Below are positions 46,864 through 56,020 of a stretch of DNA of 59,225 nt, one piece after another. Position 1 is the first letter of the stretch. Each line of letters opens with the position of its first letter. Under the pieces are notes generated by a model. That model saw only the letters and a list, made by a program, of their open reading frames with translations, ran no database searches and was not told the origin of the DNA. The stretch lies in the IMG/VR virus record IMGVR_UViG_2061766007_000145. The stretch is one strand, 5' to 3'. Source of the stretch: an uncultured virus (IMG/VR IMGVR_UViG_2061766007_000145). Its lineage: Duplodnaviria > Heunggongvirae > Uroviricota > Caudoviricetes. Made by a program: the position numbers and the translations under genes.

Positions 46864-47135
46864 AAGCAGAGGATTTTATCTTCCAAAGATATGATGGGAT
46901 GTTCTGTGATTACTGGTTTAAGGTCGTCGGAGATTCTCAGAAGAAGCTTACAAATAGATACCAAGAGCAGTCTATGATAGAGGTTAGCGAAGTAGTTTAT
47001 TCTCCGGGAGAAAGAGTCTTGGGAATAAAGAGGTTATTTCCGTGGAATTTCGATGTCATCGAGGTGATAAATCCGGAGCTTGAGGCGATTCTAATTCAGA
47101 TTATTGACGGGCTTGATAAAAGTAGGTTGTGTTAA
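46860..47135 (+). CDS. Hypothetical protein
   Basis: TTGA coupling. Confidence 0.7.
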   Translation: MKAEDFIFQRYDGMFCDYWFKVVGDSQKKLTNRYQEQSMIEVSEVVYSPGERVLGIKRLFPWNFDVIEVINPELEAILIQIIDGLDKSRLC

Positions 47136-47147
47136 CGAAAGGGGGTT

Positions 47148-47522
47148 TTGCAGATTAGCTATCTTTGTCCAAACTGTAATCAGATTATGCAATCCATTTT
47201 TCTTGCAAGTTACCCGCCGATCCCTTACTACGAATGTCTCCATTGCGGGTATCGCTCTAAACGAGAGAGGCAAGAGTCTGAACAAGCCGAACCACTTCCG
47301 CAGCATTTGCGAACAGATTTAGAATCCGATAGTACGAAGACAGCAACAATACAGGAAAAAGAAAAGTCGTATTGGGTAGTTGATAAATTCCGCACATGGG
47401 CAACATGCGGCAATTGCGGAGAGAGTTTACGTCTTGAATCCGGTGTGGTGTTGTTTGACTGTTTGCCAAATTATTGTATAAATTGCGGATGTAGAATGAA
47501 AAACGGAGGAGAAAAGTTTTGA
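47148..47522 (+). CDS. Double Zn-ribbon protein
   Basis: Four CxxC pairs. Confidence 0.75.
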   Translation: MQISYLCPNCNQIMQSIFLASYPPIPYYECLHCGYRSKRERQESEQAEPLPQHLRTDLESDSTKTATIQEKEKSYWVVDKFRTWATCGNCGESLRLESGVVLFDCLPNYCINCGCRMKNGGEKF

Positions 47523-47740
47523 CCGATAACAATATCACAAACCTCAACGGATTGATCGCGGACATCAACGAAACTGAAATCAGCGATTGCATAGCCAGAG
47601 ATACGTTAGCTGAGTGGTGTGAATCGTGGAGACAAGCAGCGTCACAATGTTCGATAACAATATTTTCAGAAATCTCCGCACTCAAAGATTTGGTAAAGCT
47701 GTACAGAGCAATAATTGAGTCTGACGAGGAACTGTGGTAA
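47519..47740 (+). CDS. Hypothetical protein
   Basis: SD ggagg. Confidence 0.65.
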   Translation: MTDNNITNLNGLIADINETEISDCIARDTLAEWCESWRQAASQCSITIFSEISALKDLVKLYRAIIESDEELW

Positions 47741-47774
47741 ACAAAGAATAGAACTATATAATTGAGGTAGGAAT

Positions 47775-48182
47775 ATGAGAGATATTCTTTTTAGAGGCAA
47801 ACGGATTGATAATGGTAATTGGGTAGAAGGGTGCTTAATAAAACGCAAATATTACGTCGAGACGACGTATTATATAGGTTTTATTGAAATGACATCATTA
47901 ACTAAGGTGGAAGTAATTCCTGAAACCGTATGTCAGTATGTCGGAATAACTGACAAAAATAGCAAGAAGATTTTCGAGAATGACGTCGTAAAAACAAAGT
48001 ACGGCAGATTGTGTCAGGTTGTCTGGGCTTCAAGTCCATATTATCAATGCTGGGACATGATAGGTCTGGAAAGCAAGCACCAAGTTCCTGATTGGCGCGA
48101 TATTTGGTACAAGAATAACTTGGAAGTAGTAGGAAATATTTATGATAACCCAAGGCTTGTTGAATCGGACGAAACTATATAG
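47775..48182 (+). CDS. YopX-family protein
   Basis: MRDILFRGKR.DNG.WVEG, IFENDVV, EVVGNIYDNP. Confidence 0.9.
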   Translation: MRDILFRGKRIDNGNWVEGCLIKRKYYVETTYYIGFIEMTSLTKVEVIPETVCQYVGITDKNSKKIFENDVVKTKYGRLCQVVWASSPYYQCWDMIGLESKHQVPDWRDIWYKNNLEVVGNIYDNPRLVESDETI

Positions 48183-48200
48183 TACAAGGAGAGATAACTA

Positions 48201-48386
48201 GTGTATTTATGTCCTAAGTGTGGCAGTCCTATGGTTTGTGTTTCGAGTAATCCATCGGTCGAATACTACAAATGCTCGTCTATGTCTTGCCATTACGCCT
48301 CGAAATCTGAGGTGTTTGATAGCATCACAATAATACCTGTAAAATCAACCTTGTCAGATAAGGAAAGTGAGGCTGAGAAAGTATAG
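48201..48386 (+). CDS. Small Zn-ribbon protein
   Basis: CPKCG. Confidence 0.6.
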   Translation: MYLCPKCGSPMVCVSSNPSVEYYKCSSMSCHYASKSEVFDSITIIPVKSTLSDKESEAEKV

Positions 48387-49360
48387 AATCACAGAATAAG
48401 TTTACCAACGAAGGTTTAAAGGAGATGCAGTCATGGAGTCTCGCCAAGAAGATACAGGTTTCTCAGGCGCGAATAATGGAATGGTATCAGGCTTTTGACG
48501 GAAAAGTTTATGTGTCGTTCAGTGGCGGGAAGGATTCGACCGTATTGCTTGATTTGGTGAGAAATATTTATCCGGAGGTTCCTGCGGTTTTTGTTGATAC
48601 GGGGCTTGAGTTTCCTGAGATACGAGATTTCGTAAAGACTAAGGAAAATGTCGTGTGGTTATACCCCGAAGTTTATGATAAGCAACGGAGGAAGTATGTC
48701 AGAACGAGTTTCAAATATGTCATTGAGAAGTACGGGTATCCGATAATCAGTAAAGAGCAATCGGCATTCATTCAGGAATACAGGACATCTAAATCAGAGA
48801 AACTCAGAGACATTCGCCTCAACGGAAATAAATACGGACTCGGGAAAATTTCTGACAAGTATAGGTATCTGACGTCTGCTCCGTTTAACATAAGCGATAA
48901 GTGCTGCGATGTGATGAAAAAGAATCCATCAAAAAACTATGAGAAGCAAACCGGGAATAAGCCGATTCTCGGCACAATGACTGAGGAATCCATGCAGAGA
49001 AAATCGAATTGGTTGATGTATGGGTGTAATGCTTACGACGCAAAACGTCCGACGTGTAAACCACTGTCGTTCTGGACGGAGCAAGACGTTCTTGAATACA
49101 TATCAGTAAATCATCTTCCCTATGCTTCTGTATATGGCAACATAGTAGGCGAGCGGTGGGGGGGGTATCACACAACAGGTCGGCAACGGACAGGATGTGT
49201 ATGGTGCGGGTACGGAGCACACCTCGAAAAAGAACCCAATCGTTTTCAGCAGCTTAAAGTCACACATCCGCAATTGTGGAGCTACTGTATGAAACCGTGG
49301 GATGAGGGCGGCTTGGGAATGCGAGAAGTCCTCGAATACATAAATGTTAAAGTTGAATAA
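48383..49360 (+). CDS. PAPS reductase-family protein
   Basis: SFSGGKDS PP-loop, DTGLE, CC...KK, RTGC..C. Confidence 0.9.
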   Translation: MESQNKFTNEGLKEMQSWSLAKKIQVSQARIMEWYQAFDGKVYVSFSGGKDSTVLLDLVRNIYPEVPAVFVDTGLEFPEIRDFVKTKENVVWLYPEVYDKQRRKYVRTSFKYVIEKYGYPIISKEQSAFIQEYRTSKSEKLRDIRLNGNKYGLGKISDKYRYLTSAPFNISDKCCDVMKKNPSKNYEKQTGNKPILGTMTEESMQRKSNWLMYGCNAYDAKRPTCKPLSFWTEQDVLEYISVNHLPYASVYGNIVGERWGGYHTTGRQRTGCVWCGYGAHLEKEPNRFQQLKVTHPQLWSYCMKPWDEGGLGMREVLEYINVKVE

Positions 49361-49379
49361 ATACACAAGGAGTAATTGA

Positions 49380-49619
49380 ATGAAAGGAACTACCATTTGC
49401 AATAGATGCGGAGCACCGTTTACGGTCTTTGACGAAGACCATGAATTCTCCTTTTATCGTGCACTTGGCTACGGCATGGGTGAATACGACGGTGATGAAC
49501 TCCAGCTTGATTTGTGCTGCGATTGCATGAAAGAACTGATAAACGAGTGCAATATATCGCCGATTATACATAGAAACTGTGGTTTTGAAACGCCGGAAGG
49601 AGACGGAGATTCAATTTGA
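49380..49619 (+). CDS. Small Cys-rich protein
   Basis: CNRCG ... DLCCDC. Confidence 0.75.
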   Translation: MKGTTICNRCGAPFTVFDEDHEFSFYRALGYGMGEYDGDELQLDLCCDCMKELINECNISPIIHRNCGFETPEGDGDSI

Positions 49620-50146
49620 ACATCGAAATCTTAAAACATCCAACCGAAGAAGATTGGATGCTGTGCAAAAAGTGTACGCTCACCACAGTGTCGAAAGATT
49701 CGGACAAGCCCCCGACAGACGAGTGGAAGGTTAAGCTCCTCAAATCCGGGCACTCACCAATAAGGACGTTGCAATTCTGTTTCAAGCTGACCGATATACC
49801 GTACTGGGTTTCTGTTCATCTTGCAAGACACGTTCACGCCACCCCGTTTGTATCAACACAGAGGAACGATAGGCAAGCAGCGTATGACAGAAACAGCGCG
49901 AGGCAGGATACCCCCGTGACAATGTGTTGGTATATGAACGCGGAAGAACTTATTACTATTGCTCACAAGCGTCTGTGCAGGCAGTCATCAAGTGAAACGA
50001 GGAAACTTGTTGAGAAGATATGCTACAAGGTTATTGAAACAAACCCTGAATTTGATGGGTTGCTTGTGCCGAACTGTGTATATCGCAACGGACTTTGCGA
50101 CGAGTTCAATTGTTGCGGGTTCAACAGGATATATAAAGAAGACTGA
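49616..50146 (+). CDS. thyX: Flavin-dependent thymidylate synthase-like
   Basis: GHSP, SVHLARH, STQR, RLC. Confidence 0.8.
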   Translation: MNIEILKHPTEEDWMLCKKCTLTTVSKDSDKPPTDEWKVKLLKSGHSPIRTLQFCFKLTDIPYWVSVHLARHVHATPFVSTQRNDRQAAYDRNSARQDTPVTMCWYMNAEELITIAHKRLCRQSSSETRKLVEKICYKVIETNPEFDGLLVPNCVYRNGLCDEFNCCGFNRIYKED

Positions 50147-50191
50147 AAACTAAAGCCAAAATCGGCAAAGGTTTTCAGCCGTCGAAAGGAG

Positions 50192-50752
50192 GTGATGCCT
50201 ATGATTGTGATAGCTATTTCAGGGCTTGCGGGAAGTGGCAAGGATACTGTAGGGAGACTGATGGCGGACGCATTGAAAGCCAACGGCAAACGAGTTCTCA
50301 TCACCCACTTTGCCGATCTGCTTAAATACATACTCAGAGAGTTCTTTGAGTGGGACGGAGAGAAAGATGAAAGAGGTCGGTTCCTGCTGCAAAATGTAGG
50401 CACTGAAATCGTGAAAAGGCAATTCCCAAATTATTGGGCAGATTTCATTGTGGGGATATTGAAGATGTTTGGTTCTCGGTGGGATTATGTGATTATCCCA
50501 GACCTGAGATTTCCGGACGAACTATCCAGATTAATAGAAGCAGGCTTTTGTGTAGTTCACGTCGAAGTTTTTAGACCCAGACTAAAAAGTAAACTCAGTG
50601 ATGATGCAAGAGCACACGTTTCAGAAATGGCGATGAATGGGGTTATTCCCGATTTCAGAATTAATAACTACGGAAATATTTTTCAGCTTAAACGAACTGT
50701 AGTTAGGTTGGTTAAGGAGAACTTAAATGACAAACAGAAAAGGCTATTATGA
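50192..50752 (+). CDS. Deoxynucleoside monophosphate kinase
   Basis: ISGLAGSGKDT, FAD.LK, D.RFPDE, H.SE. Confidence 0.88.
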   Translation: MMPMIVIAISGLAGSGKDTVGRLMADALKANGKRVLITHFADLLKYILREFFEWDGEKDERGRFLLQNVGTEIVKRQFPNYWADFIVGILKMFGSRWDYVIIPDLRFPDELSRLIEAGFCVVHVEVFRPRLKSKLSDDARAHVSEMAMNGVIPDFRINNYGNIFQLKRTVVRLVKENLNDKQKRLL

Positions 50753-51365
50753 TATTGAGGTAGACCTCGAAGATGTATTGGTTGAAGGCGGTATGATTGA
50801 CGACCTGTTTTATCTCAAGGATTTGCAGCAGCGAAAGCTGTTTCTCAACGATGACATCACTTCGTTGACGATTGAGAGCGTGGTTAAGCACATCATGCAG
50901 TTCAACAAGGAAGATAAAGGGATTGATACAGACGAGCGGCAGCCGATACTGTTGTATGTTTCATCAAACGGCGGCTGCGTAGATGCGGGATTTGAACTGA
51001 TTGATGTGATTCAAAGCAGTAAGACTCCGGTGTATACTATTAACCTTGGTTTTCAGTACAGCATGGGTTTTCTTATAGGGCTTGCGGGGCATAAAAGATT
51101 TGCCACCAAGAACGCGAAGTTCCTCATGCACGACGGCTCAAATTTCATCTATAATTCCGGAGCCAAAGCGCAAGACCAGATGGAGTTTCAGCGAAAGGTT
51201 GAAGCGAGAATCAAGGAATACATATTGTCCAGAAGTAAATTAACCTCGGAAGAGTATGATGGTAAGCTCCGCGTAGAGTGGTATCTGTTTGCCGATGAAG
51301 CAAAGGAGAAGGGATTTGTAGATTATATAGTCGGCGTTGATTGTGACGTTGACGAGGTAATATAA
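50727..51365 (+). CDS. clpP: ClpP-family protease
   Basis: SNGG, YSMG, FLMHD, A.EA...GFVD. Confidence 0.85.
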   Translation: MTNRKGYYDIEVDLEDVLVEGGMIDDLFYLKDLQQRKLFLNDDITSLTIESVVKHIMQFNKEDKGIDTDERQPILLYVSSNGGCVDAGFELIDVIQSSKTPVYTINLGFQYSMGFLIGLAGHKRFATKNAKFLMHDGSNFIYNSGAKAQDQMEFQRKVEARIKEYILSRSKLTSEEYDGKLRVEWYLFADEAKEKGFVDYIVGVDCDVDEVI

Positions 51366-51380
51366 TATGGGAGGTAGCTA

Positions 51381-51587
51381 ATGAACGAAATAATATTGTA
51401 TTCAACGGGGTGTCCAAGATGCAGTGTTTTGAAGAAAAAGCTTGACGCAAACAATATCGACTATCAGGAAATAACCGATGTTGACCAAATGACCAAGCTT
51501 GGTATTGACGCTGTTCCTGTTTTAAATGTAGGCAATAAATACCTTGATTTTTCTCAGGCTATTAAATGGATTAATGAATCGGAGTGA
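51381..51587 (+). CDS. Glutaredoxin-like (NrdH)
   Basis: CPRC, AVPVL. Confidence 0.85.
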   Translation: MNEIILYSTGCPRCSVLKKKLDANNIDYQEITDVDQMTKLGIDAVPVLNVGNKYLDFSQAIKWINESE

Positions 51588-51591
51588 TTAA

Positions 51592-53580
51592 ATGACAATC
51601 GACGCAATAAAGAAGTTTTTTAAAAAGCTTAAAAGCCATAGAAAGTGTACTTACAGAATTGAAGTAGGGCTTGACAAGGATTTTGCAGATTCGCTTAACA
51701 GATTGAAAACAAAGTACGGTAAAGAATTTGAAAAGATTAATAATCTTAATGCAGAAAAATTAAACTTTACAGAGTTTATTGACAATTTTGTAGATAGCGA
51801 TAATGTTGCAAATGCGTCTATTGACCCAAGTGCGAATGTAGCACACAAGGATATTGTATCACTAATCCATGAAATGCCGAAGCCACATCAGAAATTACTC
51901 GCATTAAACAAGCTCTATTACGAAATTAAAAAGAAGTATGGGCGTGAAGAAGCAGATAATTGGCTTGAGTCTGAGTGGAACAAAACACTGTACATGCACG
52001 ATGCTCACACATCTACGTTCTTTAGTTATTGTTTTGCGTATGACCTAAAAGATGTTGCGGAAAAAGGGTTGTTCTTCATTGATAACTTTAATGCACAACC
52101 GCCCAAACACTTGGAAAGCTTCGTGGATTTTGTCAAGGAGCATTGTAGCTACTGCTGTAACCGTTCTGCTGGCGCTGTCGCCTACCCCAACTTAATTCCC
52201 TATATGTGGTATTTCTGGCATAAGGATGTAGAGAGCGGCTATTATACAAAGACGCCGGAAATCTACGCAAAGCAGCAAATTCAGCGATTAATATATTCAC
52301 TAAATCAGCCGTGGGTTCGTGGAGGGATTCAATCGGCTTTCACGAACGCAAACTTCTTTGATCATCCGTATTTTGAAGCTATCTTTGGTGGAAGCGAATT
52401 CCCGGATGGAACATTTATGATTGATTATGAAGAAGAAATCATCGAGTTTCAAAAGCTGTTTCTTACAATGATGAAGGAAATAAGGCATACTAACATGATG
52501 ACTTATCCTGTAAGTACAATCAGTCTTCTTACTGATGGGAACGGCAATTTTGTAGACGAGGAATTTGCTCGTTGGGCTTGTGAACATAATCGAGAATGGA
52601 ACGATAGCAATTGGTTTATTGATTCGAGCGTTACAAGTTTGAGTTCTTGCTGTAGGCTAAGAAACGATGTAAAGGAATTGGGTTACTTCAACAGTATTGG
52701 TGGTGCGGCGTTAAAGGTAGGCTCAATTAAGGTATCTACAATTAACTTGGCTCGGCTTGCTTATGAAAATAACACAGAGGAAAGTTACCTCGAAGCTTTA
52801 TCCAAAGTTGTGCTTTTGGATTTGAGAGCTCTTGATTGTCAGCGAGGAATAATTAGGCGTAATGTTGAAAAAGGGCTGCTTCCAAACTTCGCTCATAATC
52901 TAATTGACTTTGACCATAGTTATTCGAGCATTGGCATCATGGGCATATATGAAACCATGAACTATTTTGGTTATACATACGAAGATGATTTTGGGAATGT
53001 GTATTATAAAGATGAAGCGTTTGAATTTGGACGCAAAATCTTCGATGCCATCCACAGAATTAAAGACGATTTTACTAAAGACAAAGATTATTCTGTAAAT
53101 CTTGAAGCAGTACCCGGCGAGTCATGCGGTGTTAAGTTCGCGCAAGCAGATTCTATCCTGTATCCAGATAAAGTCAATACGAATTTGCCGTTAATGGCGA
53201 ACCAATGGATCGGGCTTGCTACAAAAGCGACGATTCAAGAAAGAGTAAAAATCGCGGCGCTTTTCAGCGAGTATTGCTCTGGCGGAGATATTTTGCATAT
53301 TAACATTGAAGCACCATTCGACTCATTTGAAAAAGCGTGGGATATGCTTCAGTACGTTGCACATCGCGGAGTAAAATATTTCGCGTTTACCGGAAGAATA
53401 TCAGCTTGCTCTCATAACCATGCCTTCTACGGAAATGTATGCCCTGAATGTGGAGAACCGAAAGTAACTGATTATAGCCGCATCGTTGGCTTCTTTGTTC
53501 CAGTAAAGACATATTCAAAAGAACGTAAAGAAGAATGGGGAATGAGAGAGTGGCTTCCCCTTAATAAAATTACCCCGTAA
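51592..53580 (+). CDS. nrdD: Anaerobic ribonucleoside-triphosphate reductase
   Basis: YMHD, SYC, SSCCRL, VPGES, CPECG, RIVGF glycyl-radical motif. Confidence 0.92.
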   Translation: MTIDAIKKFFKKLKSHRKCTYRIEVGLDKDFADSLNRLKTKYGKEFEKINNLNAEKLNFTEFIDNFVDSDNVANASIDPSANVAHKDIVSLIHEMPKPHQKLLALNKLYYEIKKKYGREEADNWLESEWNKTLYMHDAHTSTFFSYCFAYDLKDVAEKGLFFIDNFNAQPPKHLESFVDFVKEHCSYCCNRSAGAVAYPNLIPYMWYFWHKDVESGYYTKTPEIYAKQQIQRLIYSLNQPWVRGGIQSAFTNANFFDHPYFEAIFGGSEFPDGTFMIDYEEEIIEFQKLFLTMMKEIRHTNMMTYPVSTISLLTDGNGNFVDEEFARWACEHNREWNDSNWFIDSSVTSLSSCCRLRNDVKELGYFNSIGGAALKVGSIKVSTINLARLAYENNTEESYLEALSKVVLLDLRALDCQRGIIRRNVEKGLLPNFAHNLIDFDHSYSSIGIMGIYETMNYFGYTYEDDFGNVYYKDEAFEFGRKIFDAIHRIKDDFTKDKDYSVNLEAVPGESCGVKFAQADSILYPDKVNTNLPLMANQWIGLATKATIQERVKIAALFSEYCSGGDILHINIEAPFDSFEKAWDMLQYVAHRGVKYFAFTGRISACSHNHAFYGNVCPECGEPKVTDYSRIVGFFVPVKTYSKERKEEWGMREWLPLNKITP

Positions 53581-53589
53581 AATAATAAG

Positions 53590-53621
53590 CGGAGATGTCA
53601 ACGCAATTATTGACATCTCCG
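53590..53621. terminator. 12-bp hairpin between nrdD and nrdG
   Basis: cggagatgtcaa/ttgacatctccg. Confidence 0.5.
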
Positions 53622-53665
53622 TGATAGAATAATGGCTATTAGCCAAAAAACATACAGGTAATGAG

Positions 53666-54157
53666 GTGATTCTACTGAAAATCAAAGGTATTGTTTCAGA
53701 AGATTTTACTAATTATAGATTGCCGTCAATGTTTATAATTAGCTCAATGTGTGATTGGAAATGTTGCACAGAACAAGGTTTGGATATAGGCGTCTGTCAA
53801 AATCAACAGTTAGTTAATACAAAAACTTTTGAGGCACCAAACAAAGCTTTATACCAATTATTTCACAACAACGATATAACAAAAGCTGTAGTTATTGGCG
53901 GTTTAGAACCGTTTCTCCAATTCAACGAGATTTGCGATCTCGTAAAATATTTTAGAGATCATGGTGAAAACTCCGAATTTGTGATTTATTCCGGTTACAA
54001 TGCCGAAGAAATTAAACATGAGATTTCGATTTTGTCAAAATACAATAATATCATTGTGAAGTTCAGTCGCTACATACCAAACCGTCCCTCGAGATATGAT
54101 GAAGTATTAGGCGTTACACTTGCATCAGATAATCAGTACGCACAGAAGATTAGTTAG
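53666..54157 (+). CDS. nrdG: Anaerobic RNR activating radical-SAM protein
   Basis: CDWKC...CQN, GLEPF, YSGY, SDNQ. Confidence 0.85.
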   Translation: MILLKIKGIVSEDFTNYRLPSMFIISSMCDWKCCTEQGLDIGVCQNQQLVNTKTFEAPNKALYQLFHNNDITKAVVIGGLEPFLQFNEICDLVKYFRDHGENSEFVIYSGYNAEEIKHEISILSKYNNIIVKFSRYIPNRPSRYDEVLGVTLASDNQYAQKIS

Positions 54158-54166
54158 GAGAAGTAT

Positions 54167-54388
54167 ATGAAAATAATTGAGAATCCAGACAAAGAGTACG
54201 CGAAGGAAGTTAGAGACAAGTTGAAAAAAAACAATGGGTATTGTCCGTGTCGAATAGTCAAAGATGAAAACACAAAGTGTATGTGTAAAGAGTTCAGAGA
54301 GTCGGTAAAAAGCGGAAAAGCCGGGACATGTCATTGTGGTCTGTACATCGCTGTAGATACAGATGGGACAAAAGGAGGAGCAAAATGA
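54167..54388 (+). CDS. Ferredoxin-thioredoxin reductase catalytic-subunit-like
   Basis: CPC...CMC...CHCGLY. Confidence 0.85.
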   Translation: MKIIENPDKEYAKEVRDKLKKNNGYCPCRIVKDENTKCMCKEFRESVKSGKAGTCHCGLYIAVDTDGTKGGAK

Positions 54389-54663
54389 GAATAATAAAAA
54401 TTGGGTTCTACTTTTCAAGAAATGACAGCGAAGCAGACTACGACGCAACGTCGTGGGGGCCCGTTGCAAATAGAGAACAGGAAGAAAAAACTATAGGAAA
54501 ACAGCTTAACGCTTTTTTAAGTCAGGCGGGGTTTTACCGTCCCAATGGATATATTTTTATGGAGTCACTTACACTTGATGAAATGATTGCTGTTGGTAAA
54601 TACTTAGAGGAATACAGAAAAGAAGCAGAGAAAGACAACACGGAATCGGAGGTTGATCAGTAA
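54385..54663 (+). CDS. Hypothetical protein
   Basis: ATGA coupling, SD aggagg. Confidence 0.7.
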   Translation: MRIIKIGFYFSRNDSEADYDATSWGPVANREQEEKTIGKQLNAFLSQAGFYRPNGYIFMESLTLDEMIAVGKYLEEYRKEAEKDNTESEVDQ

Positions 54664-55257
54664 TTGAGCGCGTCAGAAACAAGATCGGTTTATGCCACAG
54701 TTGGCGCGACAAATCGCAGCAAGTTCGAACGGGAGCAACATGATTATTATGCCACTGATCCGGTAGCGATTGAGCTACTGTTAGATAAAGTCAGGTTTTC
54801 CCGTGATGTCTGGGAATGCGCTTGTGGCGAGGGACATTTGAGCAAGGTTCTCAAAAGCCGTGGTTATGATGTGCTATCGACCGACCTAATTGACAGAGGT
54901 TACGGCGAGGGCGGTATTGATTTTCTTCAAGATACCAGAAGGTTTGATGGGGATATTATCACAAACCCGCCTTATAAATACGCCAAAGAATTCGTCGAAC
55001 ACGCAATCGAATCTGTAAGCGACGGGCATAAGGTGGCAATGTTCTTAAAACTCACATTTCTTGAGGGAAAGTCGAGAAGAGAATTGTTTGAAAAGTTTCC
55101 ACCGAAATACATATATGTCTCTACGGGAAGAATCAATTGCTGCAAGAACGGTGATTTCAGTAAAGAGCAGAGAGCGAATAACAGCGCTCTTGCATACGCA
55201 TGGTTCATCTGGGAAAAGTCGTTTCAGGGGGAGCCAAAAATAAGATGGTTTAATTAA
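54664..55257 (+). CDS. DNA adenine methyltransferase-like protein
   Basis: DYYAT, WECACGEG, ITNPPY. Confidence 0.85.
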   Translation: MSASETRSVYATVGATNRSKFEREQHDYYATDPVAIELLLDKVRFSRDVWECACGEGHLSKVLKSRGYDVLSTDLIDRGYGEGGIDFLQDTRRFDGDIITNPPYKYAKEFVEHAIESVSDGHKVAMFLKLTFLEGKSRRELFEKFPPKYIYVSTGRINCCKNGDFSKEQRANNSALAYAWFIWEKSFQGEPKIRWFN

Positions 55258-55262
55258 GGAGA

Positions 55263-55769
55263 ATGTGGATGAAGGATATAGTGACTGCTAAACAAGTAGC
55301 TCATTTTGAGAAAGTATCAAGATGGCAATTCCTCGTGTCTTATGATGGATTTGTGGAAGCAACCTATGACGCGATCAAGCTGCCGAAGCGTGCAACGACC
55401 GGTTCTGCGGGATATGATTTTTATTCCCCGTTCTCGTTTGTTCTTTACGCAGGAGAAACTATCAAGATACCTACTGGAATCAGATGTAGAATAGACGATG
55501 GATATGTTCTCAGTCTTTACCCTCGCAGTGGATTGGGTTTTAAATATCGGCTGAGACTCGACAACACGGTTGGTATTATTGATAGCGATTATTACAATTC
55601 AGATAATGAGGGACACATCTTCGTCAAGATAACGAACGAAGGCGATAAACCTGTTTATATAAATGAGGGTGATGCGTTTTGTCAGGGGATCTTCACGCCT
55701 TACTGCATAACATATAATGACGAAACTGACGGCGTTCGTAACGGAGGGCTCGGCAGTACAAACAAATAA
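55263..55769 (+). CDS. dut: Trimeric dUTPase
   Basis: SAGYD, PRSG, GIIDSDYY, RNGGLGST. Confidence 0.95.
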   Translation: MWMKDIVTAKQVAHFEKVSRWQFLVSYDGFVEATYDAIKLPKRATTGSAGYDFYSPFSFVLYAGETIKIPTGIRCRIDDGYVLSLYPRSGLGFKYRLRLDNTVGIIDSDYYNSDNEGHIFVKITNEGDKPVYINEGDAFCQGIFTPYCITYNDETDGVRNGGLGSTNK

Positions 55770-55825
55770 ATACATACATTTTCTGAGAGCGGGGCTATAC
55801 TCGTCCCGCTCAAAGGAGGCGAGAT

Positions 55826-55984
55826 ATGCAAAGCGAAAAGGTAAACACGCATGATGAAACACTATTTGCCGCCTTGAAATTAATCCAAAACCTATATAGG
55901 AGGAATTTTATCAGTTCATACATGTACAATAATATCCTGTCTGAATACGAAGACTGTATTGACATTACAGATTTTCAGTGCTAA
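55826..55984 (+). CDS. 52-aa protein upstream of integrase (candidate recombination directionality factor)
   Basis: SD aaggagg; MQSEKVNTHDETLFAALKLIQNLYRRNFISS...; position. Confidence 0.55.
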   Translation: MQSEKVNTHDETLFAALKLIQNLYRRNFISSYMYNNILSEYEDCIDITDFQC

Positions 55985-56020
55985 GATAATATACATAATT
56001 AGGAAAACGGGGTGGCAATA

